Source: an uncultured bacterium
GTDB taxonomy: Bacteria; Zixibacteria; MSB-5A5; UBA10806
Direction: 5' to 3'
NCBI GenBank assembly: GCA_965541585.1
Contig: CBEUCH010000020.1
Coordinates: 1 to 47,584, forward strand
DNA length: 47,584 nt
Below, one piece after another: positions 37,655 to 47,584 of the stretch. Position numbers and translations under genes: made by a program. Position 1 is the stretch's first letter. Each line of letters begins with the position of its first letter. Under the pieces are notes generated by a model. It was given only the letters and a program-made list of their open reading frames with translations, was not told the origin of the DNA and searched no databases.

Positions 37655-38410
37655 ATGATGAGTAAACATAAAGAAAAAGCCTTCACTCTTATCGAAATGG
37701 TGCTGATTATCGTGATAATAGGCATTATGGCTACAGTTGCGCTAAAATCGATGCAACCTGCCATCGACAAATCAAGGTTCGAAGCAACTACTCAGGAGAT
37801 GGAATTGCTGGCACAGGCAATCGTAGGGGATCCGAATCAGGTCCAGGATGGCTTTCGCGCTGATTTCGGCTATGCGGGCGACATCGGGGCGCTCCCACCG
37901 AATCTGGATGCGCTGGTGACGAATCCGGGGGGATATTCGACCTGGAAAGGTCCATATATTCAAAGCGGTTTTGTGGAAGACGCTGATGGTTACAAGAAAG
38001 ACGCCTGGGGAGATTCATATACATACAGCGGTGGAGTCACGATATCCTCCAATGCCGGCGGTTCGCCGATAACCAAACAGTTCGCTCAAAATGTATCCGA
38101 TTTAACATCCAATACTCTTAGCGGCAATGTTTATGACGGGCTTGGATACTCGCCGGGAGATAGCGCCTCAAGCGTTACGGTTACAATCTATTACCCTGAC
38201 GGCAGCGGGAGCACCACTTCGTCGTCCATGAATCCGTCCTCAGCAGGTGTTTTTTCATTTTCCGGTTTGGTTCCCGTGGGAAATCATCTGGTCAGGGCGG
38301 TCTATTCCGCCACCAGCGATTCCACCTCGAGATATATATCCGTCACCCCGGGAACCGATGCCTACTGCGAACTTCGTTTTGCCGGAGGGGTCTGGGCTCC
38401 GGGCAGTTGA
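37655..38410 (+). CDS. GspG-like minor pilin, paralog of the upstream gene
   Basis: KA/FTLIEM; DFGYAGDIGALPPNLDALVTNPGGYSTWKGPYI closely matches the upstream gene. Confidence 0.82.
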   Translation: MMSKHKEKAFTLIEMVLIIVIIGIMATVALKSMQPAIDKSRFEATTQEMELLAQAIVGDPNQVQDGFRADFGYAGDIGALPPNLDALVTNPGGYSTWKGPYIQSGFVEDADGYKKDAWGDSYTYSGGVTISSNAGGSPITKQFAQNVSDLTSNTLSGNVYDGLGYSPGDSASSVTVTIYYPDGSGSTTSSSMNPSSAGVFSFSGLVPVGNHLVRAVYSATSDSTSRYISVTPGTDAYCELRFAGGVWAPGS

Positions 38411-38753
38411 GGCTCTACGATTCCTATACAGCCTAATATTTTATGACATATATTGGTCTATTTCGTTTCTGAGGCCAAAACTAAAAATATTTCCCCGGAT
38501 ACCGTTATTACCGTGAATTCTGGGCTGCATTCTATTTTTCGGCATAAGTCGATGCAATAAATGGCTTTCAACCATTTGATTGTTGTCCAGATGTGACGAT
38601 AAAATAATGTAAAACACTTATATCTGATCGACGAATTTACTGTGTACCTTTGGTGAACCTGGCTGTTCAGGTATAATGGTGTGGGGATCGGCCCATCTGG
38701 TTTAATTGCGTCATTGTATCGGGGATTTTTCGGTCAGGCAGAAATCGAAAAAA

Positions 38754-40331
38754 ATGAAAGCCCTAAAAGAAAATAATCCTGAGTCAGCCCGGATTTCCAG
38801 GGTTCCGCAAATCTCGATAGGAAGCCACAAGTCGAGGCATGCGGAAAATTGGCTACAGGCACTCTATAAGGGAATGGTCTCGGAAAAACAGACGCTGGCC
38901 ACCAGCGTTACCTCAGATGTTTTCAGATATGCGCTCTTTTCCCGGAAAGGAAACTCGATCGGTATTGAGTCCTTTGGTGAATTAACGGGATCTGAGCTCC
39001 TATTAGAGTCAAACGATCCGCTTGAACTGCATCGCGCCGGCATGAAATGGATAGAAGAGAATACAGATCTTACTTACAGCGATGTCCTGGTCGTCTCGTC
39101 GGATATCGATTTCTTTGTGAGAAAGCTGGAGCTTCCTCCTCTCAAAAAAAATGAGATCATGGAGGCGGCGGCGTGGGAGGTTGATAAGCAGATCCCCATA
39201 TCCATCGACGATTCCTATCTTTTCATAAAGAGAGATAAGAAGCAGGTTGGAAAATCGGCGGTCACAGTGGGCGCCGTTCCGCGCCTGCAGATAGACCGCT
39301 GGGAATACATCGGCGACCGTCTGGCAGGTGTTATTCCAACTGCTGCCTCGCTCGTACCGCTCGGCCCCGGAGCACCATCCTTTGATACGGTATACTGCTA
39401 CGTGTATCGAACTGATTCCGAGATAAATATAGGCTTCTATAACTCAGAAGGCCTGCAGTATTCTCACAATGTACCGGCGATTCTTGCCGGATATGAAATA
39501 GGCATGCCGCAAAGCGGAACTCTATCGGCGCGAATAGTCGAAGAGTTGACCACCAGCATCGAGGTTCTCTATGGCCATTTTCCGAGTATGAAAATCAAGG
39601 GTATTGTATTGCTCGTACCGCCCGACGAGGTTCCCGAGTTATGGGAAGCAATAACCGATCAGGTGGAAATTAAAATAATCCCCGTGGACCCTTATTTGAG
39701 TATATGCCAGGATAGCCAGGAACTGTGGAAAGAGGCTGGCTCGGAATTTTTACCGCTTCTGGGTGCAGTATTGACCGGCGAAGAAGATTTTAGATATTTT
39801 CCACAATCCGTAAAACTGAGGATCAAGGAAAAAAGAATAAATAAGATTTTAAGATACGTTCTGTTTTTTGGCATCTTCGCAGAGATCATCGCGGCGTCGT
39901 TCTGGATTATCGATATATCGGGGACGAGATCGGAGTTGGCTCGCCTTCAGACATTGAAGGAAAAGATGGAAAGCTCTGACACTTACCTGCAGAGCGTTGA
40001 ATTACAGGCCAGGGCACGATTTCTGACAGCCATGAGTGATCAATTTTCATCGCGAAACGACAATTATTCCAGGCTGCTGAAGATCTTCAGCAATATAACT
40101 CCGAATGATATTTACCTCGAAAATGTATTGGCCGTAAGAAGAGAGGGTAAAATCCATCTGCATATAGGGGGCTATTACGACGGGGATCTATCGAGAACAG
40201 ACGTCGCCATGATGAACTTCATGGAAAGCCTGAAATCAAAAGGAATAGAACAACTTAAATTGCAAAGACTGGGAATGAAACTATCGGGCAATAGGAAAAT
40301 AGAAAGTTTTGTCCTGGTGGGAAAGTGGTAG
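38754..40331 (+). CDS. Probable PilM-PilN-like (GspL-like) alignment-complex protein
   Basis: RKLELPPLKKNEIMEAAAWEVDKQIP is PilM-like; one TM helix followed by a coiled coil and FSNITPNDIYL is PilN-like; gene order fits. Start uncertain. Confidence 0.65.
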   Translation: MKALKENNPESARISRVPQISIGSHKSRHAENWLQALYKGMVSEKQTLATSVTSDVFRYALFSRKGNSIGIESFGELTGSELLLESNDPLELHRAGMKWIEENTDLTYSDVLVVSSDIDFFVRKLELPPLKKNEIMEAAAWEVDKQIPISIDDSYLFIKRDKKQVGKSAVTVGAVPRLQIDRWEYIGDRLAGVIPTAASLVPLGPGAPSFDTVYCYVYRTDSEINIGFYNSEGLQYSHNVPAILAGYEIGMPQSGTLSARIVEELTTSIEVLYGHFPSMKIKGIVLLVPPDEVPELWEAITDQVEIKIIPVDPYLSICQDSQELWKEAGSEFLPLLGAVLTGEEDFRYFPQSVKLRIKEKRINKILRYVLFFGIFAEIIAASFWIIDISGTRSELARLQTLKEKMESSDTYLQSVELQARARFLTAMSDQFSSRNDNYSRLLKIFSNITPNDIYLENVLAVRREGKIHLHIGGYYDGDLSRTDVAMMNFMESLKSKGIEQLKLQRLGMKLSGNRKIESFVLVGKW

Positions 40332-40335
40332 CGCT

Positions 40336-40914
40336 ATGAATTGGATTCGAAATCAGCTGAGATCGGGATGGCCGATTTTGATAATCTTCTCCTTTGGCCT
40401 GATGGGATATTTCATGTATACGAATTACCTGCATGAAACGTTGAATCAGATTTACGGGGCCGTAAACTCTATAGAAAGCGCCCGGGTCCAGTTACAGAAC
40501 ATCCAGGAATATGTAGATGATTTCAATGCTTCCCGTTCGAAAATATCGAATTTTCTGCCGATGCTTTTCCAGGTGGATGAGCCGCAAGCGCTTATCGACG
40601 ATTTGAAAAGCAAAGCGGTGAATAGGGGCGGCCGTCTCGCAGATGTTCAACTCGACGTTCCCAAGTTCATAGAGGTAAGAAAAAATACCGATCCTGTCTC
40701 AATAGTGCCGTTTAAAGCGTCGTTTCATGGAGATTTCATCTCCCTGGGAAAACTTCTGGTCGATCTCGAAGAGGCTCCTTACGTCCAGACAATCTCTGAA
40801 GTAAATTTGACAAACCGGGATGATTCCGGAACCAGGCTTCTTATGTCAATAAAGGGAGCCTTGAGATTTTTCGATAATGATCTGATAGACAGGCAAGTGA
40901 ACAATGCAACCTAG
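40336..40914 (+). CDS. PilO/GspM-like protein
   Basis: N-terminal TM, coiled coil, FHGDFISLGKLLVDLE motif; position in the cluster. Confidence 0.65.
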   Translation: MNWIRNQLRSGWPILIIFSFGLMGYFMYTNYLHETLNQIYGAVNSIESARVQLQNIQEYVDDFNASRSKISNFLPMLFQVDEPQALIDDLKSKAVNRGGRLADVQLDVPKFIEVRKNTDPVSIVPFKASFHGDFISLGKLLVDLEEAPYVQTISEVNLTNRDDSGTRLLMSIKGALRFFDNDLIDRQVNNAT

Positions 40915-41383
40915 AACGATGATAATTTATTCAATATTTGTCGTGACCATTATTTACGGCGCGTATTTCCATTTCGTTTCAGGCGATGGGAATAAGGACA
41001 GGGTTTCGCTTGATTCATCCCGGGTGGACGTTCCCGATCCGATCATGACAGCGACGGTTACAGATCTTCCGATTCAATCATCTGCCCGGCAGGGAGAAGG
41101 CAGGAGCACCGAGGAAGAGTGGCTCGGCGATCCCTTCAGAAATGATCGCAAATCTAACAGATCGGCTGCTCCAAAACCGGTGAAGAAGAGAAGTCAAGTC
41201 CGGAAACCTCAATTATCGGCCATATCGGTGTCTGAAGGGGGCGCTATGGCAGTAGTCGACGGAAGGATCGTGGCAGTGGGGGAGAAGATCGGCTCCTGGC
41301 GTCTGATTAAAGTAACCGATGACGCCGCGCTGTTCAAGGGTCCGGAGAGTTCTATATGGGTAAGGATTGGAGGGTCAAAATGA
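40904..41383 (+). CDS. PilP/GspC/MshK-like protein
   Basis: N-terminal TM, disordered linker with DPF, then LSAI..AVVDGRIVAVGEKI beta domain; directly before the secretin. Confidence 0.55.
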   Translation: MQPRTMIIYSIFVVTIIYGAYFHFVSGDGNKDRVSLDSSRVDVPDPIMTATVTDLPIQSSARQGEGRSTEEEWLGDPFRNDRKSNRSAAPKPVKKRSQVRKPQLSAISVSEGGAMAVVDGRIVAVGEKIGSWRLIKVTDDAALFKGPESSIWVRIGGSK

Positions 41384-43017
41384 TGACAAAGAGTCTAATA
41401 ATATTTGCTTTCGTCGGGGCATTGGCAGGCGATGCCGGCGCCTCAGAGCAGTTTACGATCCAGAGCATTCTCTGCTCCGCACATCCCGACTCGGTTATAA
41501 TGACCATCTCAGGTGAGGGCGATCCGGCATTCAGAGTCTATGATATGAATGACCCATATAGAGTAATCGTCGAAATAGAAAACGGAAAGCTCCCACCCGG
41601 CTCCGTAAAGAAATCCTATACCGATCCGGTATCCAGGCTCGAAATCCAGCCCGGTTACACCACCCATCCAGTCATGAGAGTAATCTGCGAGCTTGGAGAA
41701 GATATCGGTTTCTATAGCCGCAAGGCCGATGGAAAGATAATTGTCGTCTTTGAGAACTACAAGCATCCGAAGTTGGAAATCGAATATGAGTCGCCTGATT
41801 CGCCAGCATGGATGGATAAGAAGATAGATGTGGATTTTGGGAAAACTCCGCTTGGATCCGCCCTGGCCTTACTGGCTCGTCAGAACGGTTTCGACATTGT
41901 TTCACCTCAGTTCGACGATACCGAGGTCTCGGCGCACTTGACCCAGGTGACGATAAAAGATGCTCTCGATGCCATACTCAGCGTCTCCGGTTTCGTCTAC
42001 TACACCGTCGGTGATATCGTTGTCGTTAAGCCGCTTGCTGATGAGACCCCCGGCGAACTGGAAACCAGGATTTTCAAGCTGGAATACCTAGACGCCCGCC
42101 AGATAAAGCAGCAGGTGCAGAATATGCTCTCATTGCGCGGGAAGGTTCAAGCCATTTCCACAGGTCATTCAAGCAGCGGGTCTGATGATGGAAAATATCC
42201 TGCAAAAATATTAGCTGTAACCGATCTGGCGAATGTGATTCCGATCATAGCTGAGTTCATAAGCAAAATAGATACAAGACCCAGGCAGGTGGCCATTGAT
42301 GTGAAACTGGTGGAAACCGGCCTTACGGAGGATCAATCTTTCGGACTGGACTGGCGCACGAACATAACGGCAAAGATAACCGGCGCCGAAGGGCAGACGC
42401 AGACAACGGAGAGTTTAACCGAACGCCTTAGCCTTTTCTCTACCATACCTTTCGAGGCGGGATCGTTCACCTATGGCACCATGGACGTCTCGGAGGTATC
42501 GTTGCTTCTGGAATATCTAAAATCGACTGGCAATTCGAAGCTGCTGTCAAACCCATCGGTAACCACATCCGACGGCAAACCGGCAACAATCGACGTGGTG
42601 ACCACCATTCCGATCCCCACGATCAGCCGCTTTTCAGAGGGAGCGGTCATTCAGGATATCGTTACCTACCAATTTAAAGACGTAGGGATAACGCTTGAAG
42701 TTACGCCGCTGGTTAACGACGATGGCTATATTACCTTAAGTTGCAGGCCGACGGTTGAAGAAATCACTGGCTGGGTCGGCCCCACCGACAATCAGCAACC
42801 TATAACATCAAAGCGCTCGGTTCACACAGACGTCGTAGTCAAGAATGGCGAGACCCTTGTAATCGGAGGTCTCATGAAAGAAAATACCATAACAAGCGTC
42901 GACGGTGTATGGCTCCTTTCCGATATACCGTTTATAGGTGAATTATTCAAGCACCGGACCGAACAGAGCACAAAAACCGACCTGATGATACTTATTACGC
43001 CATCGATTCTCCCATAG
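41380..43017 (+). CDS. pilQ: Secretin (PilQ/GspD family) with an N-terminal AMIN-like domain
   Basis: RQVAIDVKLVE, LLSNPSVTT, DVGITLEVTP, GETLVIGGL and DIPFIGELFK..ILITP. Confidence 0.92.
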   Translation: MMTKSLIIFAFVGALAGDAGASEQFTIQSILCSAHPDSVIMTISGEGDPAFRVYDMNDPYRVIVEIENGKLPPGSVKKSYTDPVSRLEIQPGYTTHPVMRVICELGEDIGFYSRKADGKIIVVFENYKHPKLEIEYESPDSPAWMDKKIDVDFGKTPLGSALALLARQNGFDIVSPQFDDTEVSAHLTQVTIKDALDAILSVSGFVYYTVGDIVVVKPLADETPGELETRIFKLEYLDARQIKQQVQNMLSLRGKVQAISTGHSSSGSDDGKYPAKILAVTDLANVIPIIAEFISKIDTRPRQVAIDVKLVETGLTEDQSFGLDWRTNITAKITGAEGQTQTTESLTERLSLFSTIPFEAGSFTYGTMDVSEVSLLLEYLKSTGNSKLLSNPSVTTSDGKPATIDVVTTIPIPTISRFSEGAVIQDIVTYQFKDVGITLEVTPLVNDDGYITLSCRPTVEEITGWVGPTDNQQPITSKRSVHTDVVVKNGETLVIGGLMKENTITSVDGVWLLSDIPFIGELFKHRTEQSTKTDLMILITPSILP

Positions 43018-43446
43018 AACCGTAGAACCGTGCTTCTATACGGACGCTTAAAAAAAGCGATATATTTTCTGATCAGGTGTAGACTCGCTCTCAGCAGATT
43101 TATTCTAACCTTAATTTTCACATATCTTTTGTGATATCCTCCGGCTTCAGAACGCAATATCAAATTTAGGCAGGACTGACATCCGCGCCAGAAAAATCAT
43201 TAACCTCGATAACCATATTTAAACCTCTCATACTAATGGAGCAGGGAAAATCCTTCGTTGATTTCCGATTTGAAGGTTTCAGATTGAAGCCTGAAATCCG
43301 CTGTCGTATTAAGTTGAAACGAAGAGAAAAAGCATGAAATAATGAAACTACCTCGCTTGCCGAACAGTTTAATAAAAATCGGCCGGAGAAGGCGAATCTG
43401 GCCTTTTGGGGACACGGATTACAACGTGAGGCAACCGTTTTAATCA

Positions 43447-44130
43447 GTGAATTGTATGGCGATGAGCGTAGGGCATTTTCAAATAAGAGACTGTGCCCTG
43501 GTGGTCAAGATGGCGGATGTCCGGCCCGCCTACAACCTCCGGGAACTCTATGACAGGATCAGGTCCTGTTCGCCCGATTCAATATATCATCACTTTTGCG
43601 AGACACCGCTAAGAGCTACATTTGACGATCCGGCCTTTCGCAATGATTTCGCCGTCTGGTCGCACCGCGCCCTCAATGATGAGATTCTGGCCGAGAGACT
43701 GGGTGTATTGGATCCCTATGATTTTGAGGACACGGAGGAATTAAGGCGAATCGTATTAGACATCATTGACGATAGGCTTTCGGAAATTACACACGTTCCC
43801 TGGGCCAAGTCCGGTCAGGAGTTTCATTTCCTGCAAGCGCTCACGGTTGTCTTCGATACGGGACGCTGGATTGAGGATCCCGTGGAATTGCCCCGGGCAA
43901 TATCCCGCATGACCACCAGTAGCCTCTATTATCATTTCCTTGAGGCCCGTCGGCGGGTTGAAGGGAGATACGATGATTTCACAGCGTGGCTTAAGGACTG
44001 GAATGACAGAAGCGAGCCTTTGATCGAGTCTTTCTCGGTGGTGGATTTCTATTTTCTTTCATTGAGAGAACTGCAGATTGAGCTTTCGCATGGGGCCGAC
44101 CGGGTCTTGAACGGGGTGCTGACGTCTTGA
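43447..44130 (+). CDS. DUF5752-like protein associated with TreT
   Basis: Duplicated S(I/L)Y(H/Y)HF..(N/D)DFxxW motif; overlaps the treT start. Family name is from recall. Confidence 0.65.
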   Translation: MNCMAMSVGHFQIRDCALVVKMADVRPAYNLRELYDRIRSCSPDSIYHHFCETPLRATFDDPAFRNDFAVWSHRALNDEILAERLGVLDPYDFEDTEELRRIVLDIIDDRLSEITHVPWAKSGQEFHFLQALTVVFDTGRWIEDPVELPRAISRMTTSSLYYHFLEARRRVEGRYDDFTAWLKDWNDRSEPLIESFSVVDFYFLSLRELQIELSHGADRVLNGVLTS

Positions 44131-45365
44131 ATCGAAAACTTGTAGATTATGAGCCGGTGGTCGGCAGAGCGGTGCTGGATCAATTACATCAATTGGCATC
44201 AGGCCTGACCGGAATGAAGGTTGTGCATGTTAATTCGACCAGAGTCGGCGGGGGCGTCGCTGAGATTCTCTTCTGGATGGTCTCCCTTATGCGGGAACTT
44301 GGAATTGACGCATCGTGGGAGGTAATCGAAGGAGACAATGATTTTTTCAAAACCACCAAGATGCTCCATAATGGATTGCAAGGAAATCCGGTCAATCTGA
44401 CGCCCGCGGCCATGAGAGCTTATGAGAGCACCAATGAAAAAAACAGCGAGCGGCTGAGGCCTATTCTTGAGAAAGCAGAAGCCGTTTTCATTCACGACCA
44501 ACAACCCGCGGCGCTTCTCAATCTCTGTCCCGATAGAAGGGGAAAGTGGATCTGGCGCTGCCATATCGACGTCAGCCACCCAAACAGGCAGGTCTGGAAA
44601 TATCTCAGGGGATTCTTGCAGGACTACGACGCCAGCATTTTCTCAATGCCAGGCTTTACCCGTCACCTCGAATACCCTCAGTTTCTCATAGCTCCCAGCA
44701 TAGATCCTTTGAGCGACAAGAATTGCGAATTGACGGATCTTGAGCTGAGTGAGACTTATTCCCGCTTTAATCTGGATAAAAGCCGGCCGATCTTATTGCA
44801 AGTTTCCCGTTTCGATAGATTCAAAGATCCGGTGGGAGTGATAAGGGCATTCCGGCTTGTTCAGGAATTTGCTCCGGCCCAACTTGTGCTGGCGGGGGGC
44901 GGCGCCACAGACGATCCCGAAGGGGAGGCCGTTCTTGACGAAGTGCGGGAAGAAGCCGGCGACGAAAGCGACATACACATTCTAATGCTTCCAGGGGACG
45001 CTCACAAAACGATAAACGCCCTGCAGAGAATCGCGGATATTATTATCCAGAAATCGACTCGCGAAGGTTTCGGCCTGACCGTTACCGAGGGGCTGTGGAA
45101 GAGCAAGCCGGTCATTGGTGGCAACGTCGGCGGGATAGTCTTACAGGTAATAAACCATCATACCGGTTTTCTGGTTAATACGCCCGAAGGCACCGCGCAT
45201 CGAATAAGATACCTGCTTCAACATCGCGGCAGAATGCGATTGATGGGGGAAAAAGGGAGGGAATTTGTCAGAGAAAATTTTCTGTTGACCCGCCACCTGA
45301 GAGAATATCTAACCCTCCTGCTCGAACTCAAAAAAGGATTCACAAATAGGTTGATCGCGGCCTGA
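44127..45365 (+). CDS. treT: Glycosyl-transferring trehalose synthase (GT4)
   Basis: HVNSTRVGGGVAEIL, WRCHID, PSIDPLSDKN, QVSRFDRFKDP and QKSTREGFGLTVTE. Confidence 0.88.
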   Translation: MNRKLVDYEPVVGRAVLDQLHQLASGLTGMKVVHVNSTRVGGGVAEILFWMVSLMRELGIDASWEVIEGDNDFFKTTKMLHNGLQGNPVNLTPAAMRAYESTNEKNSERLRPILEKAEAVFIHDQQPAALLNLCPDRRGKWIWRCHIDVSHPNRQVWKYLRGFLQDYDASIFSMPGFTRHLEYPQFLIAPSIDPLSDKNCELTDLELSETYSRFNLDKSRPILLQVSRFDRFKDPVGVIRAFRLVQEFAPAQLVLAGGGATDDPEGEAVLDEVREEAGDESDIHILMLPGDAHKTINALQRIADIIIQKSTREGFGLTVTEGLWKSKPVIGGNVGGIVLQVINHHTGFLVNTPEGTAHRIRYLLQHRGRMRLMGEKGREFVRENFLLTRHLREYLTLLLELKKGFTNRLIAA

Positions 45366-45386
45366 AAAAACAGTATAATACTCCGG

Positions 45387-46175
45387 GTGCTTTTTAGCAG
45401 CAATCAGAGTCACATCTTCGAAGCGCTACGGAATGTTTCATCATCGGTTTTGATGCTGGATTACGACGGGACGTTAGCCCCCTTTCATCGAAAGAGGGAA
45501 AGAGCAGTTCCATATCCGGATGTAACGGAGATTCTCGATCGAATTGAGGGGTCGAAGAAAACGAGGTTAGTAATTATTAGCGGCCGGACGATCGCCGATC
45601 TTGTTCCTCTCCTGGGCATGAAGAATTTACCCGAGATGTGGGGATCCCATGGATGGGAACAGAGGCGCCCTGGAGGTAGTCATAACTTACTGCCTGCGAG
45701 CAAAAAACATCTCAAAGGATTGGCCGACGCCGGATTGCTGGTTGAAAAAGAAGCTTTAATCAATCGTTTGGAAGAAAAGCCGCGGAGCATTGCCTTGCAT
45801 TGGCGCGGAGCCTCGGAAAAGGAAATCTGCTTCATAAGGAGATTTGTCATAAGAGAATGGAGCCATATCGCACTCGATTATGGTTTGGAAATCAAAGACT
45901 TCGATGGCGGCATTGAATTGTGTGTTCCGGGCAGAAATAAGGGAGTGGTCGTGAAGATCATAATCGATGAATCTCCTCCCGAAAGCTTCTTTGCCTACCT
46001 TGGCGATGATCTTTCCGATGAAGACGCCTTTGAAGCTATTGAAGGGCATGGAATAGGCATTCTGGTAGGGGAGAGGAAGGGATCGACGAAGGCCAGTCTT
46101 CATCTCAGGGCGCCTGAGGAACTGCTGCAATTCCTGCACGGCTGGGACGATGCTACAAGAAAGAAAGGCGGCTGA
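45387..46175 (+). CDS. otsB: Trehalose-6-phosphate phosphatase (HAD IIB)
   Basis: LDYDGTLAP, IISGR, GSHGWE, ALHWR and NKG..GDDLSDEDAF. Confidence 0.92.
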   Translation: MLFSSNQSHIFEALRNVSSSVLMLDYDGTLAPFHRKRERAVPYPDVTEILDRIEGSKKTRLVIISGRTIADLVPLLGMKNLPEMWGSHGWEQRRPGGSHNLLPASKKHLKGLADAGLLVEKEALINRLEEKPRSIALHWRGASEKEICFIRRFVIREWSHIALDYGLEIKDFDGGIELCVPGRNKGVVVKIIIDESPPESFFAYLGDDLSDEDAFEAIEGHGIGILVGERKGSTKASLHLRAPEELLQFLHGWDDATRKKGG

Positions 46176-47584
46176 CGTCAGCAGGATAGTCATAATTTCA
46201 AATCGCGTCCCTGACGTATCCGGCCAGAAGAAGGGGCACGGCCGCGGTCGTCCGGCACGATCCTGGGGACCTGCAGGAGGATTGGTTTCCGCAATCCATC
46301 CCGCTCTGCAGGAGAAGGGGGGCATTTGGTTCGGTTGGAGCGGAAAGACCCTGCCTCGTCAGCTATCCATGATACCAAAAAGCGTCATCCAGGGGAATAT
46401 CAATTTCCTGACTTTGGATCTCTCCGAAAGCGAGGTCGAAAACTACTATACCGGATTCAGTAACCGCTCCATGTGGCCTCTTATCCACAGTTTCCCCGCC
46501 AGAGTCAGGGTCAAAGATGAGGAATTCAAAACTTATCTGAAGGTGAATCTAAAATTCGCTCGCGCTATTTACCCTTACTTGAGGGCCGGGGATCTTGTCT
46601 GGGTGCACGATTTTCATGTCATCCCCATGGGAACGAATCTGCGTCAACTCGGCTGGGATGGCCCCATAGGTTTCTTTTTGCATGAGCCGTTTCCCGCGCC
46701 AGATGTATTCTTTATATTGCCGTGGGCCAGGCGTATGTTGGAGGATTTTTTAAGCTACGACCTCATCGGCTTTCATACGGAGCGATACCGCCGTAACTTC
46801 GAAGACAGTCTGGAGATGGAGATGGCGGGGAGCCTCGACGGTCACGTTTTCAAGCACCGCTCGAGCAAGCTTAGAATAGGAGTCTATCCCGTTGGAATCG
46901 ACCGCGAATCATTCCAGGACTGGGCGAAGTCACCCAGGGCCTTAAAACAGGTTGCGACCATCAAAAAGTATATCGGCAACCGACGGCTTATTCTCGGCGT
47001 CGATAGATTGGATTACACAAAAGGCATCATAGAAAGGCTCAGAGCGTTTGAGAAGCTTTTGGATCGATTCCCATCCTGGAAGCGCAAAGTCAGCATGATC
47101 CAGATCTCGGCGCCATCCAGGACGAGGGTGCCGGAATATATCAGCCAGAAACGTCAGGTGGATCAGACAGTGGGCGAGATCAACGGAAGGCTGGCGGACG
47201 CCGACTGGGTTCCCGTAAGCTACCTTTACCGCTCATATGACCAGCAGACGCTGGCCGGGTTCTACCGGGTGGCGGACGTATGTTTCGTCTCGCCACTGAG
47301 GGACGGAATGAACCTGGTCTGCAAAGAGTATGTGGCCTCACAGTCGGATAACCCGGGGGTCCTGGTTCTGTCTCGATTCTGCGGGGCCGCCGAAGATCTG
47401 AAAGAGGCGATTATTGTGAATCCTTATGATATAGATGGTACCGCAAGAGCCCTGAAAAGAGCACTCGAGATGCCGCTCGGGGAGAGAAAAGACCGCTGGC
47501 TATCATTGATAGATAGAGTCAGCAAGAATCCCGCCAGGGCCTGGAGAAACCGCTTCCTCGGCGACCTTGCACCAAAGGAGTATG
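46150..47584 (+). CDS. otsA: Trehalose-6-phosphate synthase, 3' truncated by the window
   Basis: Not in the ORF track. Hand translation from ATG 46150 gives IVIISNRVP, AGGLVSA, WFGWSG, YYTGFSN..WPL, WVHDFH, GVDRLDYTKG and SPLRDGMNLVCKEY. Confidence 0.93.
   Translation, partial: MLQERKAADVSRIVIISNRVPDVSGQKKGHGRGRPARSWGPAGGLVSAIHPALQEKGGIWFGWSGKTLPRQLSMIPKSVIQGNINFLTLDLSESEVENYYTGFSNRSMWPLIHSFPARVRVKDEEFKTYLKVNLKFARAIYPYLRAGDLVWVHDFHVIPMGTNLRQLGWDGPIGFFLHEPFPAPDVFFILPWARRMLEDFLSYDLIGFHTERYRRNFEDSLEMEMAGSLDGHVFKHRSSKLRIGVYPVGIDRESFQDWAKSPRALKQVATIKKYIGNRRLILGVDRLDYTKGIIERLRAFEKLLDRFPSWKRKVSMIQISAPSRTRVPEYISQKRQVDQTVGEINGRLADADWVPVSYLYRSYDQQTLAGFYRVADVCFVSPLRDGMNLVCKEYVASQSDNPGVLVLSRFCGAAEDLKEAIIVNPYDIDGTARALKRALEMPLGERKDRWLSLIDRVSKNPARAWRNRFLGDLAPKEY

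Noticed and set aside
43018..43446. Long intergenic region as an ncRNA or small gene
   Set aside because: No strong structure, RBS-supported ORF or known motif could be supported by eye.

Overview
Bacterial chromosomal window, mostly about 50-55% GC by eye. The secreted proteins with Cys-rich dockerin-like C-termini and a QNYPNPFN-type sorting domain suggest a Zixibacteria-like or FCB-adjacent organism (inference). In order: end of a Kef-type K+ antiporter; Fe/Mn SOD; signal peptidase I between two ~136-bp REP-like direct repeats; three large secreted proteins sharing one 6-Cys dockerin-like C-terminal module; a minus-strand SUF operon (rrf2-sufC-sufB-sufD-Rieske-sufS-sufU-DUF59); rubrerythrin, pepA, sfsA; an AT-rich two-gene cassette; porCDAB; cobO, trxB, lipA; a REC-GAF-HD-GYP protein; a repeat-rich surface protein; a ten-gene type IV pilus/T2SS-like cluster with an MshEN-type ATPase; and a trehalose cluster (DUF5752-like, treT, otsB, otsA, the last cut by the window end). 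The best finding is the AT-rich cassette. It lies between the orphaned 5' end (19991-20125) and 3' end (22408-22458) of a conventional dCTP deaminase gene whose middle is missing. It encodes a membrane-anchored dCTP-deaminase-like protein lacking the catalytic motifs, overlapping an apparently intact two-domain dCTP deaminase. No rRNA, tRNA, CRISPR array or transposase was recognised. All calls are from motif reading; no searches were run.
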